From NCBI GenBank assembly GCA_964525185.1, contig CAZGFQ010000008.1, positions 7,603-71,602 of the forward strand: a DNA stretch of 64,000 nt, in the 5' to 3' direction. Source of the stretch: an uncultured bacterium (GTDB lineage Bacteria > Fidelibacterota > Marinisomatia > Marinisomatales > UBA1611). Below the pieces are notes generated by a model. That model was given only the letters and a program-made list of their open reading frames with translations, did not search any database and had not been told where the DNA came from. A program made the position numbers and the translations under genes. Of the stretch, positions 20,555 to 30,571 are shown in pieces (position 1 is the stretch's first letter; each line of letters starts with the position of its first letter).

Positions 20555-23456
20555 ATTTAATTTCTTGCCCCTTAACTATTTTAATAAAATCGTCCAATCC
20601 TCTATGCATTTCTACTCCAATTGCAGTCGGGAAGTTATAAAAAGAAAACCCATTAATCCGCCATTGAATTCCGATTGATTTTTTTAGATTGATTTTACTA
20701 TTTTGGCTCCATGCATCACCTACCTGTAGCATGAGACCTAAATAGCTGTTTTGAAACTGTGTCCATCCAAATAAAACATTTTGCTCAGTAAAAAGTGGAA
20801 ATCGAAAAGTGGACTCTAATAATGCAAATTGAGTTCCCTCGACGCTATAAAATGGGTACCCTTTTATCCCAGTTAACCCACCATTAAAAAAATGGAAAAA
20901 TGAATCCACTTCCGTTGGCGCATAGGTAAAGCCTGCTTTTGCAGATGTACTAAGTGTCCATCGATCAGTGCCGGGAATTTCAAAATGATAATCTCCACCA
21001 CCTTGCCATTTAAGAAGATTATTTGAATCAAATTCTTCCATTAATGTTCCTGCATCAGAAAAATCAAGTCCTTCAATAAATTCATTATTTTCTATATCAA
21101 GAGATGTCCAAACTTTATATCCTTTAGAAGGATTAATATTTTTATCATATCGCCTTTTTACTTGATCGAGATTCCAATTAAATCCAATTGATGCACTACG
21201 ATAATAATCATATGCTAAACCTCCGGTTAACCCTTCTGTTGGAATAGACTCAGATATAAATGCTCGATAACGTTGCCAGATGGAGTAAAATTCAAATTGA
21301 CTCCCATAAAAAGGCAACCGCATTCCGGTTCTGAAAAATGTGAGTCGAAATTTAATTTGATCATTAATTGGATACGTATCTCTATACGTATATGAATCGG
21401 CAATATTTCGTGTTAAATAAAATGTTTCAAAAAATAGCGTTGGAAAAAATCGCCTAAACTCAAAAATAAAAAATAAATCTGTATCATTTAAATTATTTGT
21501 TGATGCACCTCCAAATACATTTAGTCGATCGAGGATCTCATTGGAGTAAAAATAAAATCCCGGCTTAACCGTTCCATAATCCACCATTAATTTTGGTAGA
21601 ATAAACATTTTAGGAAATTGATCTACATAGGGTGTTGCTTCTGATTCATCCTTTATAACAATTGGATCCTTCAACTCACTATTTCTTAAATAATATGTTG
21701 GTGAATATCCAATAAATTCATCTTTCATTAAATAAATTGAATCTAATAGAGCAATTTTATAAGCTCCATCATCGTATAAAGAATATAAAATTTGACCATT
21801 ATGGTTCATATTAGGCATAAAAGCACCACCCAATACATTCGTTATAAATCCTTCCGTGGAATCTGCTTCATTTTTTAAGTATAAATTATAAATACCAGTG
21901 CGATCATCTGAATATAGTAATTCACCCATTTGTGTGACCTGAATATCTCGCTCATCCCATAAACTATTTTTTAATAAAGTTCCTATAGAATCGGATGCAA
22001 AATCATAAAATTGAATATTTCTATAATGATTTTCAGTAACAGCAAAAACGAGTTGATGTTTTGTAGAATTATAAGATAAAGATGAAATTATGGGTCTATT
22101 GTCAAAAAAAGTAATCTGCTCTATTGAGTCCGATTCCAGATGGAGTAAAAATATATTTTGCCCTCCATCGTATGTTGCTAAATATGCAATAGTGCTATCC
22201 CTAGGAATAAACACTGGCGAATAAGATCTAGCATCATGTGTTAATCTGATTTCTTCTTCAGTGTCCATATTATATTCATAAATATCATAAAATTTTGACC
22301 CATTTTTATTTGGGAATTGAGGTTTTTTGGTATAATAAAGAATTCGCCCATTTGAATGCCAGGTCGGTGCAGAATGAACTCCACCCATTATTTTCTTTTC
22401 ATCATTGGTCTTAAAATCATGAAAGAAAAGTTCAGTTTGCCCAAAATAATCATTATTTTTATTGGTTAACCATGCAAATCCAGTCCCATTTGGATTCCAT
22501 GTAGGGTGCGCATTAAATGTACCGGTATCTTTAATAATATTACCCGTAACGGGGTTTATGTTAATGGGATTAGTTAACAAGTGATATCTTGCATTTAACG
22601 TTTCTAAGAATCGTTCATAAATAAAAAAACCATCTTCTCCCAATACATTGTATAATGCATCAGAAATTGAAAATTGTAGTGGAGTGCTTAAATCTTCCAT
22701 AATCGCACGTAATGATTCTGCGCCATATTTAACAGCAATATATTTACAAAATGCAAATCCAGTATTATAAGTGGATTCATTCCCAATTCCCCGCTTCCCG
22801 AAAGTATTAATTTCATCAAACGACAAGAAATTATCGTTCAATGATCGATCGCGTAATATCATATCGCGGTGTGAGTCCCAATGATCCCAATCAGCTCCTT
22901 CATACATATATTGTGCAACACCTTCTGCCAGCCAAGGGGGAACGACTGTACCAGGAACTGGAAAGCTTGCTAATACATTTGGAAACCCATAAAGAACATC
23001 TTTTCTCTTTTCTTTTTCATAGCCCATGAATTGAAAATATGCACCTGGAATGGATAAGCCAGCCTTCATGGCTTTTTGTAATGACACGATATGTGTGAAT
23101 TCATGTGTAATTACATTTTGCAGCCATCGATGACTACCTCTGAGTTCAAAATCCAATGGAGATGCCCAAATAAATATTTTATTATCATAATAATAAGCGG
23201 CACCATTGGAATAATCATCTGGATCAATAAGGACTAAATGTGTTTTTGAAGGTGGTTCATATTCGTAAAGAGATGTGACGTGTGGGTAAATGGTTTCAGC
23301 TACAGTTGCCGCTTCTCGAGCAGTTTGTTCTGTTTCATCATGAAAATGAATTTTAAAATGCTCTGTTTCGAATGTATACCAATTTAATTCAGGATGATTG
23401 TATTGCACCTGAGAGAAAGAGATGGATATTAGAAATAAAAATTGATAATACTTCAT
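20508..23456 (-). CDS. Fusion protein of 982 aa: HExxH metallopeptidase-like domain, PD40/TolB-like beta-propeller repeats, Omp85 (Bac_surface_Ag)-like C-terminal barrel
   Basis: Signal peptide. HEFTH at 23091-23105 with a downstream WLAEGVAQY candidate third ligand. Repeated PxWxxNG propeller-like units. C-terminal GGLTGIKGYPF ... VGDAW ... SIGIQWR pattern ending in an aromatic residue. Confidence 0.6.
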   Translation of the reverse strand: MKYYQFLFLISISFSQVQYNHPELNWYTFETEHFKIHFHDETEQTAREAATVAETIYPHVTSLYEYEPPSKTHLVLIDPDDYSNGAAYYYDNKIFIWASPLDFELRGSHRWLQNVITHEFTHIVSLQKAMKAGLSIPGAYFQFMGYEKEKRKDVLYGFPNVLASFPVPGTVVPPWLAEGVAQYMYEGADWDHWDSHRDMILRDRSLNDNFLSFDEINTFGKRGIGNESTYNTGFAFCKYIAVKYGAESLRAIMEDLSTPLQFSISDALYNVLGEDGFFIYERFLETLNARYHLLTNPININPVTGNIIKDTGTFNAHPTWNPNGTGFAWLTNKNNDYFGQTELFFHDFKTNDEKKIMGGVHSAPTWHSNGRILYYTKKPQFPNKNGSKFYDIYEYNMDTEEEIRLTHDARSYSPVFIPRDSTIAYLATYDGGQNIFLLHLESDSIEQITFFDNRPIISSLSYNSTKHQLVFAVTENHYRNIQFYDFASDSIGTLLKNSLWDERDIQVTQMGELLYSDDRTGIYNLYLKNEADSTEGFITNVLGGAFMPNMNHNGQILYSLYDDGAYKIALLDSIYLMKDEFIGYSPTYYLRNSELKDPIVIKDESEATPYVDQFPKMFILPKLMVDYGTVKPGFYFYSNEILDRLNVFGGASTNNLNDTDLFFIFEFRRFFPTLFFETFYLTRNIADSYTYRDTYPINDQIKFRLTFFRTGMRLPFYGSQFEFYSIWQRYRAFISESIPTEGLTGGLAYDYYRSASIGFNWNLDQVKRRYDKNINPSKGYKVWTSLDIENNEFIEGLDFSDAGTLMEEFDSNNLLKWQGGGDYHFEIPGTDRWTLSTSAKAGFTYAPTEVDSFFHFFNGGLTGIKGYPFYSVEGTQFALLESTFRFPLFTEQNVLFGWTQFQNSYLGLMLQVGDAWSQNSKINLKKSIGIQWRINGFSFYNFPTAIGVEMHRGLDDFIKIVKGQEIKYGNEPTYYFSLLFNY

Positions 23457-26197
23457 TAATGTAATATTCCAATTTTTACAATCTTTGTAATTGTATTATC
23501 AATGGTTACATTGGCAAAGTATACCCCAGGTTCTATGTCGGTTGTATTCCACTTCCATTCTGAAATTTGGTTGCCACTATATGATACATTTATTTCTGAG
23601 GATGTTATAAAATGTCCAGCGATATCATAAATATTGATATCAATGGTAGATGCATCTGTTGTTTCAATCCTCAATGTGCCAATAGCATCTATAACTGGGT
23701 TTGGATAACAATAAGCCCGATTTAATAACTCATTTTCTATAATCTGGCTTTCATAGTCCAGTAAAACTGTACGGCTTCTTCCCCAATCACCATGTGTATA
23801 AGTCCATTCATTCCCATTCGTATTCCGTAGCCACTCATAAGCACTATCAAAAAGATAAATATTTGAGTGCGTGAAAACAGCCATTCTCCCTTGGACATAA
23901 TTTGCGGTTACAAGTTCATCTTTCTTCATATTAGAAATTGTATGTAATAACTTTCCATCATGACTTAAAATTATAAGTTGTGTAGAATCTTTTGATTTGG
24001 CGATGATTTCAGGATGTGAATCCATCGTAATATTTCTAGAAATTATAGGTTCTTGCAACGGAATATCTATTGGAAATCCATCCATAAGAGTATATTCTGA
24101 ATCCATAGCATATAAATACCCATCCACATCCAAAGCCAATATATCTAAAGAAGCATCAAGATTAAGGTCGATTCCGGAGATGGATTGAAAATTCAATTGC
24201 TCCCATTTTGGCAAACTATTATTCTCTAAAGTGTAAGAGATTTCAGTCCCAATTTGGGTAATAGATGATATATGATTATTCCATTGTTCAATACCATCTT
24301 CAATAGTCCAATCTTGGAGGATATAATTATACCATGGAAATCTTCTTCCACTCACAGTCCATTCTCTCACTTTTGTAAATGTGTTCGTACTCGCGTCATA
24401 CTCATATTTAGTTTGAATAGTAGAATCTTGAATAAATTCAAATATTTCTATATTGGAGTCTGAATCACTATAAAGTTGAATAAAAAGTGAATCTGATGAA
24501 ACACGATGAAAATATGTTTTATTCAAAAGGTCATCACTAGGGGAAAACCACAGGGAATCGGTTCCGCCAAATAGGTCTGGATGACCATTTCCATTGAAGT
24601 CTTCTACAACCCTAATATGTGCTTTTTCATCTGGAAAGCCATATATATAATCATATAATGGATAACTAAATGACATTGTATCGTTAGCTTCTGAAATATC
24701 CTTGACTGTGACTAGGCTGTTTGATCCATCATATCCATTTGTATTTGGGAAAGTTTTTGGAGAAAAGACAGGTGATTCTCCAGCATATGATGGATTTGCC
24801 CTTTCATATTCTAAATTGCCTTTAAACCACATATCTCCAAAATATCCGCTAGATGGGTCATTAAACAAGAAAACAGACATATAGCCTATATCTTGAGCGC
24901 CATCTGCTTCTTCTAAATCGATTCCACGATGCGTTTTATCTGAATTAACTGAATAATCATTGAGTCCAGAATAGATGATTCTTTCATCAATATGCCAAAT
25001 CAGGAAACCAGATGCAGGTAATCCTAAATCATAATTTGGAATTTCTGTAATAACGCCATTATCATCTTTTTCAATATTAACAGAGTCCATTAAAACTTCC
25101 ACAAAATTTGGGTATCGTTCAGTCTGTTCCCACATGACATATTGCATGGAATCAATACTGACACCATTTTTCACCCAATTGTTACGATTTTCGATTAGGA
25201 ATGATTCATTATCGTTAAAGGATATGGATGCAATCTGGTATTGAGATCTAGACGGTAACTGGACCAGATTCCCAGGGGTGATTGATTGAGCATTTTCCCA
25301 GCCAGCATATATTCTACTCCATGGATTTGGTGGTGCAGGAATTAATCCGCGGCCATTGTTGGAGCCTTGATCCATAAGCCCAAATATGCCAACACCGCTC
25401 TCCCCTGTTTCTAGATCCCAGAGTGGTGGTAATTCCATGGCAAATCCAATCATTAAGGCAAATGTACCGGTAAGTCCATATTGAAAATCGCATGGTTCTT
25501 CCGAATCATTAAATATAGTTTCACCTATTTCATAAAATAAATGGTTCTGTGTTTCTGGAAGGATAATTCCCTTTTCAATAATTGCTTCACCAATAGACCA
25601 ATCTGCTTCATTCAAATGTGTATGTATCATATTTGGATCAACATAAGTAGATGGAATATCCTCGGGTGTTGGGTCTAAAAAAGGTAAAGAAAAATCTTGC
25701 CCAATGCCTGCATGGAAAACAACAATTAAGTCATAGGAAGAAAAATCAATTGAATCAATTTCATATGCTTTGTTGGCTGCATCTTTCAATAGTTCTGTTA
25801 ATCTAGATTCTTGCACATCATCTTCATTATATGGATTATAATAATTCATAGTATTATTTAGTGTATAAGAATCATTATTCCCAGAAGGATAAACCTGCGA
25901 TTCGTTTAAATCTATTCCAAATAGATGATAGGATACGTTTCGATAGTATGAATCGACAGCTTTCAGTTGTGATGTAAAATATGTTTTATCGTGAGGGGGT
26001 GGGTCGATTGTATAATTTTCACAAATAAAATGAGTAGAATCTAAAAATGACCCGTCTCCAGTTGTACTTTCATGATCATCAGATTGAAAGGAAACTCTGA
26101 GAGCACATATTTTTAAATCGCCCAATACATCTGCAGAAACAAATGACATTATTAAAACCAGGTTGGTAAATAAAAACCTGGACAAAGAAATATTCAT
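23456..26197 (-). CDS. M6 (immune inhibitor A)-like protein lacking HExxH, with a T9SS C-terminal sorting domain
   Basis: VVFHAGIGQDFS, GIFGLMDQGSNNG and IWHIDE...GIDLEEADGAQD resemble the M6 domain. LMIGF occupies the expected HExxH position (about 25415-25475). The last 86 aa or so (about 23459-23716) look like a Por_Secre_tail CTD (YPNPV ... IYDIAG ... GVYF). Confidence 0.65.
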   Translation of the reverse strand: MNISLSRFLFTNLVLIMSFVSADVLGDLKICALRVSFQSDDHESTTGDGSFLDSTHFICENYTIDPPPHDKTYFTSQLKAVDSYYRNVSYHLFGIDLNESQVYPSGNNDSYTLNNTMNYYNPYNEDDVQESRLTELLKDAANKAYEIDSIDFSSYDLIVVFHAGIGQDFSLPFLDPTPEDIPSTYVDPNMIHTHLNEADWSIGEAIIEKGIILPETQNHLFYEIGETIFNDSEEPCDFQYGLTGTFALMIGFAMELPPLWDLETGESGVGIFGLMDQGSNNGRGLIPAPPNPWSRIYAGWENAQSITPGNLVQLPSRSQYQIASISFNDNESFLIENRNNWVKNGVSIDSMQYVMWEQTERYPNFVEVLMDSVNIEKDDNGVITEIPNYDLGLPASGFLIWHIDERIIYSGLNDYSVNSDKTHRGIDLEEADGAQDIGYMSVFLFNDPSSGYFGDMWFKGNLEYERANPSYAGESPVFSPKTFPNTNGYDGSNSLVTVKDISEANDTMSFSYPLYDYIYGFPDEKAHIRVVEDFNGNGHPDLFGGTDSLWFSPSDDLLNKTYFHRVSSDSLFIQLYSDSDSNIEIFEFIQDSTIQTKYEYDASTNTFTKVREWTVSGRRFPWYNYILQDWTIEDGIEQWNNHISSITQIGTEISYTLENNSLPKWEQLNFQSISGIDLNLDASLDILALDVDGYLYAMDSEYTLMDGFPIDIPLQEPIISRNITMDSHPEIIAKSKDSTQLIILSHDGKLLHTISNMKKDELVTANYVQGRMAVFTHSNIYLFDSAYEWLRNTNGNEWTYTHGDWGRSRTVLLDYESQIIENELLNRAYCYPNPVIDAIGTLRIETTDASTIDINIYDIAGHFITSSEINVSYSGNQISEWKWNTTDIEPGVYFANVTIDNTITKIVKIGILH

Positions 26198-26209
26198 ATT
26201 TAGATAAAA

Positions 26210-27601
26210 TTAGAATTCCATATTCAAGGAAAAACGCATCGTATTGGTTAATGGATGTCCAACTTCTCCTGATGTATAGCCAAAATCAAAACCATATCCA
26301 GCGAATCGTAAACCTATTCCAACTGTTGGGTTACTAATTTTCCCAGTTTTATCATAATAATATCCGGCTCTTAAAGCGAAATATTCGCCATACCAATATT
26401 CAAACCCGATATTATGAACCAATTTGTCTAATTCATTGTTGATTCCGCGGTCTTTACCGCTCCCCACTTCTTTTTGGCCCCATTTATTATAAATTCCCCA
26501 ATTTGTGTCACCAGGTTCTCCATCTGTGGGAATCATTTCTCCTTCGCCATCATCCATAATTCCATTTTCATTTTCATCAAACCATGGGCTATCATCAATT
26601 TTATCATTTCCATCTGCATCCACCCAGTCATAACCACCAATAACTCGGTCACCTTCATAGCCAGATTTATATTTGTCCATATCGCCTCCAAGAAGCCAAT
26701 CATCTACCCAAGATGTAAATAGAGCTAAATAAATAGGATCCGTGTGAGCCATTTCCATTTTTCCGTCACTATTATAGTCGCCAGTTCCATTATAATGTCC
26801 ATCTTCATCATGAAGCCCAATATATCCATCACCATCCCAATCCATATCAGGATAAGATGCAACAAGCATTTTGTTTACATCATAAACAATATTGAGCTTA
26901 TTGAATTCGGATTGAACTATAGCATAATTGATACCCATTACCAAATTTGTAGGTTGTGGGTCAGCTTGGTCTGGGTCAATAAATGAAACGCTTGGGCCAA
27001 TGTTGGATATATTTAATCCAAAGTTTAATTTTGGAGTAATAAGTTCTTTTCTTAAATAACCAACATCGAATCCAAAATCAGTAGATGCGCCTGTCCCTTT
27101 TTCACTTCCAGCCCCTAAATCAACTAGTTGTTGGTATGAAATTTTGGCGTTGATACCAAACGATGAATGGTGTGAAATCAGCGCACTATAAGATAGGGTA
27201 AAGGCAGTCATAAAACTGTTAAATGTTCCAAGATTTTCCCCGACTTCATTTGTACGAGTTTGTTCACCTAAACTTAAAAAGATTAAATGTCCCCCAACTG
27301 TGCCAAGGTTTGGATATTTTTTTCGATAAGCCAAAAATTCATAATATAAATCATCAGCTAAATTGGGAAGCCAGTTTACATGCATCATGGCTAATTCGGA
27401 TCCTTCAAGAAATCCTAAACCAGCGGGATTCCAATAACTGGCGTATGCATCATCTGCAATTGCAACTTGGGCTTCACCCATGCCACCTGCACGAGCTCCC
27501 GGTGCAATTAATAAGAATATGGCCCCAGCTTCACTTTGGGCGTTCGCAGGTATTGTTCCTGCAATTAGTAGGACTGAAAGTACGGTTATAATCCGCTTCA
27601 T
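26210..27601 (-). CDS. porV: PorV-like (T9SS-associated, FadL-fold) outer-membrane barrel with an Asp-rich insertion
   Basis: After the signal peptide: GAIFLLIAPGARAGGMGEAQVAIADDAYASYWNPAGL, a PorV/PorQ-type N-terminal signature. It ends in MEF. The start is placed at 27601 (MKRIITVL) because AGGAGA lies 6 nt upstream; the ORF extends to 27640. Confidence 0.7.
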   Translation of the reverse strand: MKRIITVLSVLLIAGTIPANAQSEAGAIFLLIAPGARAGGMGEAQVAIADDAYASYWNPAGLGFLEGSELAMMHVNWLPNLADDLYYEFLAYRKKYPNLGTVGGHLIFLSLGEQTRTNEVGENLGTFNSFMTAFTLSYSALISHHSSFGINAKISYQQLVDLGAGSEKGTGASTDFGFDVGYLRKELITPKLNFGLNISNIGPSVSFIDPDQADPQPTNLVMGINYAIVQSEFNKLNIVYDVNKMLVASYPDMDWDGDGYIGLHDEDGHYNGTGDYNSDGKMEMAHTDPIYLALFTSWVDDWLLGGDMDKYKSGYEGDRVIGGYDWVDADGNDKIDDSPWFDENENGIMDDGEGEMIPTDGEPGDTNWGIYNKWGQKEVGSGKDRGINNELDKLVHNIGFEYWYGEYFALRAGYYYDKTGKISNPTVGIGLRFAGYGFDFGYTSGEVGHPLTNTMRFSLNMEF

Positions 27602-27767
27602 GAAACGTCTCCTGATTTTAATATATTTATAGCCCTTCATTATTAGGGCAATTGTTCACGATTTTTAGCGTTTATTTATTCTCGTACTCCTTTTCAGTGC
27701 CGGCGAATCTATTCCAGTGTACTACTTCAGTCAAGGAATGAATCAAAATAATAAAAGTTCCCATATC

Positions 27768-29576
27768 TTATAATAATAAGCCTAATGTTAAAATTGGAAC
27801 ATATGTTATGAGTAAAACTGCAATAAGTCTAACAATAAAAAATGGTAAAGTTGCTAAATAAATTGTTGGCATATTTTCATCAAATCTATAAGCAGCTAAA
27901 AATAGATTCATTCCTACTGGTGGGGTTAAAAAACCTAATTCCAAATTAGCAATAAAAATAACCGCTAAATGTACTGGATCTATTCCAAAGTAGGCTCCCA
28001 GTGGTGCAATAAGTGGAACAATCACAATAATTGCAGAAAAAATATCCATTAAGCATCCAACCAAAAGTAGAAATACATTTAACAATATTAAGAAAAGATA
28101 TTTTGAAGCTATGGCTCCTTTTACCCAACTCAATAATAAAATTGGAATTTGAGCATCTACCAAATAACTGGTAAGCCCCATAGCAACGCCTAAAATCATA
28201 ATAACGCCACCAATGAGAGTAGCACTTTCTAAAATGATTCGCGGAATATTACTCCATGACAAATCTTTATAAACATATGTTTCAATCATGAAAACATAAA
28301 TGACAGATAGAGCTGCAGTTTCCACTAATGTTGTGAATCCCCCAAAAACGCCAAAAAGAATCAAGAAAGGTAAAACTAATTCCCAACGTGCTTCCCAGCT
28401 GTCTCGAATGGCATCTTTTAAATTGAAATTATAATGTTTAACGTGCTGAACCTTTCCTTGATAAATAGCCCATGCGCTTATTAAAACGACTAGTAATAAT
28501 CCGGGAATTAATCCACCTAGAAAAACATCTTTAACACTAACGCCCGCTGTAACACCATAAATAATTGCCGGTAAACTGGGCGGAAATAGTAATCCGATGG
28601 ACCCAGCTACTGTTATTAAACCGAGTGAAAAATTTCGACTATAACCTTCTTTTAGTAGCATAGGTAATAATAATCCACCCAATGCTAAAATAGTGACTCC
28701 AGACCCACCGGTTAACGCAGTAAAAAATCCACTTAATACAACTATAATGACAGGAGTTCCTCCAGGAACCCAACCAAAAAGCGATCTAAACACTTTAACA
28801 AGTCGTTCAGACGCATTACTTTCGGCTAGAAGATATCCGGCTGTTGTAAATAATGGAATTGTGGGTAAAGTCGGAGATATAACTATTCTATAGGTTTCCG
28901 TCGGAATTGCAGATACTGGGGTAAAATCAGACCAAAACATTAAAGCGGCAGTTCCACCAAGCCCAATAAATATAGGTGCTCCATATAATAATGATAGAAG
29001 AATTAATGCAGACCCAATCCATACGAAAGGAGTTGGTTCATAAATGGAATCCGTTAAAGTAAAGAATAAATATATTATTAGAATAACAATTACACTTATT
29101 TGATGCCTTTTCTTTATAAAACTTTTTTTAAATATTTGATAACCAATTAAAACAAATCCAATGGGCATTATTATTTGGGCCACCCATCTTTCAATATTAG
29201 GTGCTATTTCAAAAGGATATTGGTATTCGACCTTTATTAGTTGAAAACTACCCCACGCTAAGGTAATAACAACAATAAGAGAAACTGTTTTAGCAATGAA
29301 TCTAGGAATATTAAACATATCATCCGGATTAAAAAGTGGTTTATATGTTAATGCTAAAAGCTTATTTTGCCTTGATGCTAAAACGGCACCAATAAACCCT
29401 ACCCATAAAGTCATATGTTGTACAATAACTTGAGAAGCAGGAATTCCATTTGTTTTAAATATACGCGCAATTGTTTCAATAGCTGGCAATAACGTCATTG
29501 CAGCAACTATTATAAGGGCAATTGAATTTTCGCCCCACTTTAATTTCTCTCCAATCTTTTTTCTATTTTCGGACAT
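27768..29576 (-). CDS. TRAP transporter fused small/large permease (DctQ-DctM fusion)
   Basis: 602 aa polytopic protein. The N-terminal four helices are Q-like and are followed by a DctM-like domain. Confidence 0.88.
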   Translation of the reverse strand: MSENRKKIGEKLKWGENSIALIIVAAMTLLPAIETIARIFKTNGIPASQVIVQHMTLWVGFIGAVLASRQNKLLALTYKPLFNPDDMFNIPRFIAKTVSLIVVITLAWGSFQLIKVEYQYPFEIAPNIERWVAQIIMPIGFVLIGYQIFKKSFIKKRHQISVIVILIIYLFFTLTDSIYEPTPFVWIGSALILLSLLYGAPIFIGLGGTAALMFWSDFTPVSAIPTETYRIVISPTLPTIPLFTTAGYLLAESNASERLVKVFRSLFGWVPGGTPVIIVVLSGFFTALTGGSGVTILALGGLLLPMLLKEGYSRNFSLGLITVAGSIGLLFPPSLPAIIYGVTAGVSVKDVFLGGLIPGLLLVVLISAWAIYQGKVQHVKHYNFNLKDAIRDSWEARWELVLPFLILFGVFGGFTTLVETAALSVIYVFMIETYVYKDLSWSNIPRIILESATLIGGVIMILGVAMGLTSYLVDAQIPILLLSWVKGAIASKYLFLILLNVFLLLVGCLMDIFSAIIVIVPLIAPLGAYFGIDPVHLAVIFIANLELGFLTPPVGMNLFLAAYRFDENMPTIYLATLPFFIVRLIAVLLITYVPILTLGLLL

Positions 29577-29587
29577 ACGAAAATAAA

Positions 29588-30571
29588 TTAAGGTTTTTCT
29601 TCCATTATTTGGATGACTTTATCGAATATGTGCTCATCAATTGCATCTCCACGTAATAGCGGATACATTGATACTACTTCAGATTTCCATTGCTTTATCT
29701 GCGCAGGTGTCGGTTCATGGATTTGAAGGCCATGCTCTTTCATAACATTTAAAGCATCTTTTTCCGCATGACGATTTTTTTCAATATGTTTATCACGGAT
29801 TTTATTCACTATCTCTTTCATAGCTTTTCTATCCTTTTCAGATATTTTATTCCATGTGCGATTATCAATCACAATACCAGCCATAAGAATTCCCCATTTC
29901 ATATTCAACATATGATTTGTTATGCCAAATGATTGTTGAGCCAATGCATATAGAGGAATTGTAGATAGTGCGTCAATTAGACCCGTTTGTAAGCCAGATA
30001 GCAAATCTGTCATAGCAAGTGGAACAGGATTATATCCAGCTTTTTTCCACACTTCTGCCCATGCAAAATCTCCAGCCCATGTAAATATTTTATGAGATTT
30101 TAAATCATTGGGTGTATAAATAGGTTTTTTCCCAAACCAATATCCCCACCCTACATCAACAAGGTAAAGGAGTTCAAATCCCTTATGATTGGTTCCTGTA
30201 ATTAATTCATCATCTAAATGATCTGTTACATATTGGATATCACTTAAATCTTGAAACAGCATTGGTACATAAAAAGCGGCAAAATTTGGATTTATTTCAT
30301 AAAGGCCTTCTGTTGAAATTGCAGCCGCATGTATTTGTCCGATACGCATTTTACGAACCATATCTCTTTCATCCCCTACTACACCGCCTGGATATAGCCG
30401 AAGGTGAACCCTGCCTTTTGTTGCTTTTTTCCACTCTTGACCCATTTCGACTAACATTCCATGCCAGTCAGTACCTTCTGGTGCTAGTGTTGCCATTTTT
30501 ATAATTGTTTTTCTTGCAAATGCTAATTGTGTTAATAATAGCATTATAATAATCATGTGTTTTTTATTCAT
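29588..30571 (-). CDS. TRAP transporter periplasmic substrate-binding protein (DctP/TatP type)
   Basis: Signal peptide plus a DctP-family fold pattern of 327 aa. Adjacent to the permease and the TatT-like gene. Confidence 0.88.
   Translation of the reverse strand: MNKKHMIIIMLLLTQLAFARKTIIKMATLAPEGTDWHGMLVEMGQEWKKATKGRVHLRLYPGGVVGDERDMVRKMRIGQIHAAAISTEGLYEINPNFAAFYVPMLFQDLSDIQYVTDHLDDELITGTNHKGFELLYLVDVGWGYWFGKKPIYTPNDLKSHKIFTWAGDFAWAEVWKKAGYNPVPLAMTDLLSGLQTGLIDALSTIPLYALAQQSFGITNHMLNMKWGILMAGIVIDNRTWNKISEKDRKAMKEIVNKIRDKHIEKNRHAEKDALNVMKEHGLQIHEPTPAQIKQWKSEVVSMYPLLRGDAIDEHIFDKVIQIMEEKP

Noticed and set aside
27602-27640. Longer start for the PorV-like ORF (MKGYKYIKIRRRF...).
   Set aside because: An AGGAGA Shine-Dalgarno-like sequence sits 6 nt upstream of the ATG at 27601, and the signal peptide begins there. 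The longer form is kept only as an alternative.
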